Assembly: GCA_038087875.1 (NCBI GenBank)
Contig: CM075990.1
Coordinates: forward strand, 9,364,001 to 9,424,000
Reading direction: 5' to 3'
Source of the DNA: Malacoraja senta
Lineage: Eukaryota
Length of the DNA stretch: 60,000 nucleotides
This document shows positions 52,328-60,000 of this stretch, in pieces; the stretch's first letter is position 1, and each line of letters begins with the position of its first letter. The notes under the pieces were generated by a model. The model saw only the letters and a program-made list of their open reading frames with translations, was not told where the DNA came from and searched no databases. The translations under genes and the position numbers were made by a program.

Positions 52328-52691
52328 ATTTAGGTAATGGTGAGCTTTGTTCAGAGGCATGTAATATTAATGTAAATCAATAGGCTAGTTGTTTTCACAT
52401 GTTACAAAGAAATCAACTGCACCTTTCAAGAATCACTTACCCAAATGCACATGATATCACAAATAAAGTCAGTTTATATCAGCAAAGAATAAACAAAAAC
52501 ATAATTGCAAAGATATGCTGAGTAGAACAAATTTCAGATTTTGTCCCTACCTCTCAATGAAATTATCACCATTAAGAAGATAATTTCAAATAAATGGGGG
52601 AAAAAAATAATTTTTGCATGTTAAATCACTGCACACAGAAAAATGATTTGAAAACGCAAATGGCTTGACAGGGTAGATAAGTAAATAAGTA

Positions 52692-54420
52692 GACCCATTG
52701 TCTCTGCCTGTTCTTGCCCCACCAAACTCATCTCCACCTACCTCGACTCCATACTATCCCCCTTGGTTAAATCCCTCCCCACCTATGTTCAAGACACCTC
52801 AGACACTCTCCGTCATCTCCGCGCATTCCACTCTCTAGGCCCTCACCCCCTCATCTTCACCATGGACGTCCAGTCACTGTACACCTCCATCCCCCACCAG
52901 GATGGTCTCAAAGCCCTCCGTTTTTTCCTCGACCGTAGAAGCAATCTATACCCGGCCACTGACACCCTCCTCCGCCTAGCGGAGCTGGTACTTACACTTA
53001 ATAACTTTTCATTTGACTCCACCCATTTCCTCCAAATACAAGGCGTAGCTATGGGCACACGCATGGGCCCCAGCTACGCCTGCCTCTTTGTCGGGTACGT
53101 AGAACAATCCTTGTTCAATGCGTACCAGGGCCACATCCCCGACCTCTACCTCCGCTACATCGATGATTGTTTTGGTGCCACATCCTGCACCCACACACAA
53201 CTGACTGACTTCATCCGCTTCACCACCAACTTCCATCCGGCACTCAAATACACCTGGACCATTTCCGACACTTCCCTACCATTCCTTGACCTCACTATCT
53301 CCATCGCAGGTGATAGACTCCTTACCGACATCCACTACAAACCTACCGACTCCCATGGCTATCTGGACTACACTTCTTCCCACCCTGCTTCCTGTAAGGA
53401 CTCCATCCCCCACTCCCAATTCCTCCGTCTACGCCGCATCTGCTCCCAGGATGAGGCGTTCCACACCAGGGCATCTGAAATGTCCTCATTCTTCAGGGGT
53501 TCCCCTCCTCCACCATAGATGAGGCTCGCACCAGGGTCTCTGCCATACCCCGCAACACTGCTCTCTCTCCCCATCCCCCCACTCACAACAAAGGCAGAGT
53601 CCCCCTAGTCCTCACCTTTCACCCCACCAGCCGTCACATACAACAAGTGATCCTCCGTCAGTTTCGCCACCTCCAACGTGACCCCACCACTCGCCACATC
53701 TTCCCATCTCCCCTATGTCTGCCTTCCGCAAAGACCGCTCCCTCCGTAACTCCCTTGTCAATTCTTCCCTTCCCTCCCATACCACCCCCTCCCCTGGTAC
53801 TTTCCCTTGCAACCGCAAGAGATGCAACACTTGTCCCTTCACTTCCCCCCTCCACTCCATTCAAGGACCCAAGCAGTCGTTCCAGGTGCGACAGAGGTTC
53901 ACCTGCATCTCCTCCAACCTCATCTATTGCATTCGCTGCTCTAGATGCCAGCTGATCTACATCGGTGAGACCAAGCGGAGGCTTGGCGATCGTTTCGCCG
54001 AACACCTCCGGTCGGTCCGCAATAACCAACCTGAACTCCCGGTGGCTCAGCACTTCAACTCCCCCTCCCATTCCGTATCTGACCTCTCTGTCCTGGGTCT
54101 CCTCCATGGCCACAGCGAGCAACACCGTAAATTGGAGGAAATGCACCTCATATTCCGCTTGGGCAGTCTACATCCTGGTGGCCTGAACGTTGAATTCTCC
54201 CAATTCTGCTAGCCCTGGGTGTCCCCTCCCCTTCATCAGCCATCTGGTTGTCTCCTCCCTCCCCAGCCCCTCGGGCTCCTCCTCCGCCTTTTCCTTTTTT
54301 TCCTTTCTTCTCCCACCCCCTATCAGTCTGAAGAAGGGTTTCGGCCCGAAACGTTACCTATTTCCTTCGCTCCATAGATGCTGCTGCACCCGCTGAGTTT
54401 CTCCAGCATTTTTGTGTACC
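52692..54420 (+). mobile_element. 5'-truncated Penelope-like element (RT + GIY-YIG, frameshifted) with 3' pLTR
   Basis: MDVQSLYTSI, GVAMG, RYIDD; IYCIRC...IYIGET; possible taagta TSD at 52686-52691 and 54421-54426. Confidence 0.93.
54328..54358 (+). ncRNA. Minimal type-I hammerhead ribozyme-like motif in the Penelope pLTR
   Basis: CTGAAGA-A-GGGTT-TC-GGCCC-GAAAC-GTT; palindromic ACGT helix III. Confidence 0.6.
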
Positions 54421-54425
54421 TAAGT

Positions 54426-54505
54426 AAAGGGCCTGTCCACTTGGGCGTCATTTGCGCGTAATTTACGTGTCATCATTTACATGTCACGACACACGACGCG
54501 CGCTT
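54426..54505. mobile_element. Left-end fragment of the Harbinger MITE family seen at 12930
   Basis: agggcctgtccacttgggcgtcatttg. Confidence 0.6.
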
Positions 54506-54554
54506 AAGTTCAACAATATCTTGTGTAGCTGTAAAGTCAATTGTAGTATTAGCA

Positions 54555-54775
54555 AAAGGTACATAACTCAGCAGGTCAGACAGCATCTGTGGAGAGAAAT
54601 GGACAGACGAAATTTCAGGTCAGGATCCTTATTCAGACTTATCCCAACCTAAAAGGGTTCTGGCCCGAAACATAGTCTAACCATTTCCCTTCACAAATGC
54701 TGCCCGATTCATTAAGTTCCACCAGTAGTTTGTTTTTTTGCTCATGATTCCAGCATCTGCAGTGCTTTGTGTCTC
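54555..54775. mobile_element. Older palindromic pLTR-derived element
   Basis: Degenerate inverted arms; ggcccgaaac and ccagcatctgcag motifs. Confidence 0.6.
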
Positions 54776-56094
54776 CTTTTTAAAATCGCAAGTCTTTGAT
54801 TCGAAATATTTTTTTGTGATAAAGTTGTTTTACCGGGGTTGCTACTCTTGAAATGCAAAGATTTTATTAATGATGAGAAAAATAATTATGACCCATTTCA
54901 CCACCCAAGGACACTGGGTCACAGGAAAAGTTTAAATTCTGATTATGCAATGCATCTGAGCAGAAATTTGACCCTTAGCTTCATTCAAACAACCACCGCT
55001 ATGACAAAAACGTTTGTCAGTATTCTATTGTCCAACATCGTACAAATAATAAAAATGTTCAAGACAATTAAACCATGATTCAGATATCCAAAATCAAAAA
55101 AAATATTCCACTTTTACTCTCATCAACTTCACAGAAGAACTTAAAATATAGACATATGTAAAATTTCTTCCAGCCTCAAATTTAATCAACACACCTCCAG
55201 ATATCAATCTTGAATCACATTTATTCAATCTTTATATATGTAATATTTTACAGGTGACATTTTCAACAGCCTGCATATTTCAAACTGTTCCATTCTGCAC
55301 AAAGAAGGGTCTCGACACAAAGCAACACCCATTCCTTCTCTCCAGAGACGCTGCCTGCCCCGCAGAGTTACTCCAGCATCTTGTGTCCATTAGGTATTTG
55401 ATTGGCTGAGTTTATAATTCCCTGCCAAATCTTCAATTCCAACCTTAAACAGACATTCCAACCTACTTTCAAAAGAGCAAACTGATTGTGCATTAAGATG
55501 ACAACAGCCATACAACCACCTAACACACAAATACACGCTTCGGGTGATACCAAAATGCGTATCATAAACCTCAGAATTTGCAAATCAGACTCAGCTGTGC
55601 TGTATTCTACACCTTGCATAATTTACTCATCAATTTTTCCACAGTGGATCTCGCAGTGCAATCTTTGATGAATGATAGTAGGGGTGCTGTATTTCCCAGT
55701 AAATCCCAGCAGGCTGTGGATTGCATTTCCAGATGAAGAGGTAAACAAGGTATCTCCACAGGAACAGGATGGATTATATTTTAGTGAACCTTTTCTAAAT
55801 TTAAAAAAATGCAAGTAATAGTCTCGGGTATTGCATGTTTCGCAGCATTTGGGAATTCTGAGACGCTCCTTGCAATCTGAATAACTACATCTGCAGGGAG
55901 GCTTCCAATTTGAGCACCAAATTTTGCACCTTGAGCATTACCTGAAGGCATTACCAAAATTAGAAATGACATGGATAACATGTTTTTCATGGAATCATAA
56001 TCATATAGCTTGCAAACTGTCCCTTTGGCCCGAGTTCATGCCAACCATCAACAACATTCACTAATTTATCCTAATCCAATTTATTCTCTCGAAG

Positions 56095-56765
56095 GGCAAG
56101 AGTGGTGGGAGACTCATAAGTGAGGGGGATAGCCAGGCATTTCTGTGGCATTAGTGTGAATCCAAAATGGTGTATTACCTCCTTAGAGAAGGATTAAGAA
56201 TATCACAGTATGGTTGCAGGCCACTTTAAAGGGAGAGGGTAAACAGATCAGTCTACAGTAGTGCTAATATCAAAGCTAAGATATATGAGGTCCTGCAACA
56301 TGAATTTAAGGAGAAAGGTTACATACTAAACAGCAGATTATTTCTGTTGCATTGTGCTGGTGACTATAGTTGTTAGACAATAGGTTAGGTGAATGTGAAA
56401 ATCAAGCATGGTATAGGAGGGAGAGTTATGATTTTTATATCACTAATAATGTTTCTGGGGAAGAGAGGCCTTGTACAAGATGGATGGGTTGTACCTTAAC
56501 CGAATGGGTCCAATATGCATATGGGGGTATTAGATAGTAGAATGAGAGAGGGTTTAACCTAATTTGGCAAGGGAATGGGACATGGTCTCTATCTAGTTGG
56601 GACAGGAAAGTGCAGTGAAATACAGAAGTAAAACTAAGTTAGTCTAGAGCAAACATAGATATGATAAGGCACATGAGGGTGGGAGATGGAATGCAAATTA
56701 CATCTATTTTCATGCAAGACATCTGATAAGCAAGACAGTCAGCACATGGGGATATGATTTTTAAA
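56095..56765 (+). mobile_element. Old degraded CR1 fragment (ORF1 esterase end and ORF2 start)
   Basis: DGLYLN-like motif, ggtttaacctaa junction, homology to 57560-58330. Confidence 0.65.
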
Positions 56766-57113
56766 AATAGGATAGTACAGTAACAGAGCTCAAGCAACCC
56801 ACTTTCCATTTTGACCCCCAGTGTTGTGGGATTAACACATTTGCTCTGTGCCCATATGGGAGGGAGGAAGGACGGAGCCGCGGCTCGAGAGGCTAACAGG
56901 GGCTAAGAGGTAGGCCACGCACTGCAAGGGAGCAGTGGACCAGACAGAAAGAGCGGACGGAATTACCACTAGACAGCCAAACCAGTAGGTAATTTACGGC
57001 TGGGGTAAGTACTTTCCCATTTATAGGAGGTAGGATTATATAAACAAGGGGTGTTTTAATACAGTAATCCGGGTAGGGGATTCTTAATAGGACCAGTTAA
57101 TTACTTATATAAG

Positions 57114-58067
57114 ATGGGCGGCCAGGAGATGTGCCAATACTGTGAGATGTGGGAAATTGTCGACACCATTGATGTAGATGATCCCTACAGCTGCAGTAAG
57201 TGTTTGAGGCTAGCGGAACTCGAGCTCCGCATTGATGAGCTGGAGACCCAACTTCATACGCTGCGGTGCATCAGGGAGGGGGAGTATTACCTGGATGTTT
57301 TGTGCCAGGGTATGGTCACACCGACCAGTTTAACTAATTCAGTAGTTAGTGAGCAGGGAAAGGAAGGTGTGGCCATAAGCGAGGCAGGTAGGGGGAACCA
57401 GGAGGAGATGCGGCAGGAGCCACAGCCCTTGTCCCTGACGAGCATGACCGAGGCTCTTACTCAATGTGAGGACGGGATCAGGGGCTGTGGGAGGGATGAG
57501 CAACCTGGCTGCAGCACCATGGATCAGGGGGCCATTCAAGAGGGGGGAGTTAGAAGAAATGCCGTTGTGATAGGGGATAGTATTATTCGGGGGGTAGATA
57601 AGGTTCTCTGCGGCCAGCAGAACATGTCCCGAAGGCTGTGTTGCCTACCCGGTGCTAGGGTTAAGGATATCTCTGCGATGCTGGAGAGAAATTTGCAGAG
57701 TGAGGGGGAGGATCCAGTGGTCGTGGTCCATGTGGGGACCAATGACATAGAAAGGACGAGGAAGGAGGATCTGCTGAACGAGTTTGAGCAGTTAGGGAAT
57801 AAATTAAAAAGCAGAACCTCGAGGGTACTGATCTCCGGATTGCTACCTGAGCCACGGGCCAAATCGGCGAGGGTACGAAAAATTAAAAAGCTGAATGCGT
57901 GGCTCAAAGACTGGTGTGGGAAAAATGGGTTTGGTTTCTTGGGCCACTGGCACCAGTACTGGGACAGGGGGGATCTGTTCTGTAAGGATGGACTTCACCT
58001 GAACGGTGCTGGGACTGGGGTCCTGGCAAATCATATAACTAGGGCAGTAGAGAGGTCTTTAAACTAA
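57114..58067 (+). CDS. CR1 ORF1p: zinc finger/leucine zipper plus SGNH esterase
   Basis: CxxC...CxxC, heptad leucines, GDSI, HVGTND, DGLH. Confidence 0.93.
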   Translation: MGGQEMCQYCEMWEIVDTIDVDDPYSCSKCLRLAELELRIDELETQLHTLRCIREGEYYLDVLCQGMVTPTSLTNSVVSEQGKEGVAISEAGRGNQEEMRQEPQPLSLTSMTEALTQCEDGIRGCGRDEQPGCSTMDQGAIQEGGVRRNAVVIGDSIIRGVDKVLCGQQNMSRRLCCLPGARVKDISAMLERNLQSEGEDPVVVVHVGTNDIERTRKEDLLNEFEQLGNKLKSRTSRVLISGLLPEPRAKSARVRKIKKLNAWLKDWCGKNGFGFLGHWHQYWDRGDLFCKDGLHLNGAGTGVLANHITRAVERSLN

Positions 58068-58174
58068 GTAGCGGGGGGGAGGTATCAAGGGGGGTAATAA
58101 CGGCAGGGGTAGAGGAAATAGAGCAGGGTATCAGTGGGGAAACGGAAAATCAAAATGTGACAGGAGGATCCAGA

Positions 58175-60000
58175 ATGTGTGAAGATAAAGCTCTAGATGT
58201 AAAAGCGGCAAAAACAGAAAGGAAGGGTAGTAAAAATCATCTGAAAGTGCTGTATCTAAATGCACGGAGTATTCGAAATAAGATAAATGAATTAACGGTG
58301 CAATTAAGGATATATAGTTATGATATCGTGGCCATTACGGAGACATGGCTGCAAGGGGATCAGGATTGGGAGTTAAATATAGAGGGGTACTCGACAATTA
58401 GAAAAGATAGACAGGAAAGAAAGGGAGGAGGGGTGGCCCTTTTAATAAGGGAGGGAATAACGGCAATAGAGAGGAAGGATATTGCGTTGAAGGATCAGGA
58501 TAGTGAAACAGCTTGGGTACAGATAGAGAATAACAAGGGGAAAAAAACACTAGTGGGTGTAATTTATAGACCTCCAAATAGCTGTGACGCTGTTAGTCAG
58601 AACATAAATCTGCAAATAGTTGACGCATGTAAAAAGGGAACTGCTGTAATCATGGGGGACTTCAATTTTCATATTAATTGGGCAAACCAAACTGGGCAGG
58701 GTAGACTAGAGGAAGAGTTTATAGAATGTATTAGAGACGGGTTCCTAGAACAGTATGTCACAGAACCGACAAGGGGGGAGGCAATCTTGGATCTGGTCCT
58801 GTGTAATGAAGCAGGATTAATTAAAAATGTCATAGTTAGGGACTCGTTGGGAACAAGTGACCACAATATGGTCGAATTCCATATTCAAATAGAAGGGGAG
58901 CAGGTTGAAACTCAGGCTAGGGTACTTAGTCTAAATAAGGGGGATTATGAAGGTATGAGGACTGAGCTGATCAAAGTTGACTGGGATAGCAGACTCAAGA
59001 ATAAGACGGTACATGAGCAGTGGTGTACGTTTAAGGATCTACTATATAACCTTCAAGAAAAATTTATTCCTATGAAGAAAAAAAGGGGTAAGGGAAAGAA
59101 CAGTCAGCCATGGCTCAGTAAAACTATAAAGGATAGTATTCGGCTGAAGGCAAGGGCATATAAGGTAGCCAGAGATAGTGGGAGGGTAGAGGATTGGGAA
59201 GCATTTAAAGGTCAGCAAAAAATAACTAAGAGATTAATTAAGACGGGGAAAATAGACTATGAAAGGAATTTAGCGAACAACATAAAAACTAATAGTAAGA
59301 GTTTTTATAGCTATATAAAAAGAAAAAGGGTGGCTAAGGTGAACGTTGGTCCATTGGAGGGTGAGACTGGAGAGTTGTTGGTGGGGAACATGGAAATGGC
59401 AAAGGCATTAAACGAGTATTTTGTATCAGTCTTCACCATAGAAGACACAAAAAATATTCCAACGCTGGATAAACAGGGGGCGGTAGGAATGGAGGAGCTA
59501 AATACTATTAAGATCACCAAGGAGGTGGTATTAGGGAAATTAATGAGACTGAAGGAGGATAAATCCCCTGGGCCTGATGGATTACATCCAAGGGTCTTGA
59601 GGGAGATAGCGGTGGGGATTGTGGATGCATTGGTGATAATTTTCCAAAACTCCCTGGAGGCAGGAACGGTCCCAGTGGATTGGAAAATGGCCAATGTAAC
59701 ACCTATATTTAAAAAAGGAAGTAAACAGAAGGCGGGTAACTATAGACCGGTTAGTCTAACATCGGTGGTGGGTAAAATGTTAGAGACAATTATTAAAGAA
59801 ACACTAACGGGGCACTTGGATAAACATGACTTCATCGGACAGAACCAGCATGGTTTTGTGAAGGGGAAGTCCTGTTTAACGAATCTGCTCGAATTCTTTG
59901 AGGAAGTAACAACCCGGGTGGATAAAGGGGAACCGGTGGATGTGGTATACTTGGACTTCCAAAAGGCTTTTGACAAGGTGCCACATAAGAGACTATTGCT
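58175..60000 (+). CDS. CR1 ORF2p (APE + RT), partial; frame open from 58043, first ATG at 58175
   Basis: YLNARSI, ITETW, GDFN, SDH, KSPGPDG and DFQKAFD; first and last motifs share one frame and the ORF track shows no internal stop. Confidence 0.9.
   Translation, partial: MCEDKALDVKAAKTERKGSKNHLKVLYLNARSIRNKINELTVQLRIYSYDIVAITETWLQGDQDWELNIEGYSTIRKDRQERKGGGVALLIREGITAIERKDIALKDQDSETAWVQIENNKGKKTLVGVIYRPPNSCDAVSQNINLQIVDACKKGTAVIMGDFNFHINWANQTGQGRLEEEFIECIRDGFLEQYVTEPTRGEAILDLVLCNEAGLIKNVIVRDSLGTSDHNMVEFHIQIEGEQVETQARVLSLNKGDYEGMRTELIKVDWDSRLKNKTVHEQWCTFKDLLYNLQEKFIPMKKKRGKGKNSQPWLSKTIKDSIRLKARAYKVARDSGRVEDWEAFKGQQKITKRLIKTGKIDYERNLANNIKTNSKSFYSYIKRKRVAKVNVGPLEGETGELLVGNMEMAKALNEYFVSVFTIEDTKNIPTLDKQGAVGMEELNTIKITKEVVLGKLMRLKEDKSPGPDGLHPRVLREIAVGIVDALVIIFQNSLEAGTVPVDWKMANVTPIFKKGSKQKAGNYRPVSLTSVVGKMLETIIKETLTGHLDKHDFIGQNQHGFVKGKSCLTNLLEFFEEVTTRVDKGEPVDVVYLDFQKAFDKVPHKRLL

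Larger units (their letters stand above)
56860..60000 (+). mobile_element. Young CR1 LINE with 5' UTR, ORF1 and ORF2, running off the window
   Basis: Two long open frames; the 5' boundary is approximate. Confidence 0.93.

Noticed and set aside
52435..52450. Strong minus-strand donor (TGG|GTAAGT)
   Set aside because: No paired acceptor or coding frame; such motifs occur by chance in 60 kb
57114..58067. SGNH esterase as a captured host or bacterial gene
   Set aside because: It is an established component of CR1 ORF1p

Overview
Eukaryotic vertebrate genomic DNA, most likely a cartilaginous fish (skate/ray/shark; inferred from the CR1, HE1-type SINE and Penelope repeat spectrum). The window appears to be almost entirely intronic. 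The only host coding sequence I can support is one 91-nt minus-strand exon (44541-44631, DILNNLESGDLDEDDLMLDVDLPEDAPCKM) that I recognise as CCSER2. The rest is a dense, partly nested transposon landscape: CR1 LINEs (one apparently intact copy runs off the right edge), a near full-length Tx1 LINE inside a Harbinger-type MITE inside a CR1, Penelope elements and their hammerhead-bearing palindromic derivatives, a Helitron, an IR/DR Tc1, a Vingi-like LINE with a 40-bp TSD, Rex/Babar fragments and SINEs. Best leads: (1) an in-phase U_UUA_AAC slippery heptamer plus G-tracts joining CR1 ORF1 to ORF2 in the -1 frame; (2) a Tx1 element possibly targeting a DNA-transposon family; (3) fold-back hammerhead mini-elements, one with its own TSD. 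No prokaryotic systems or CRISPR arrays were seen.
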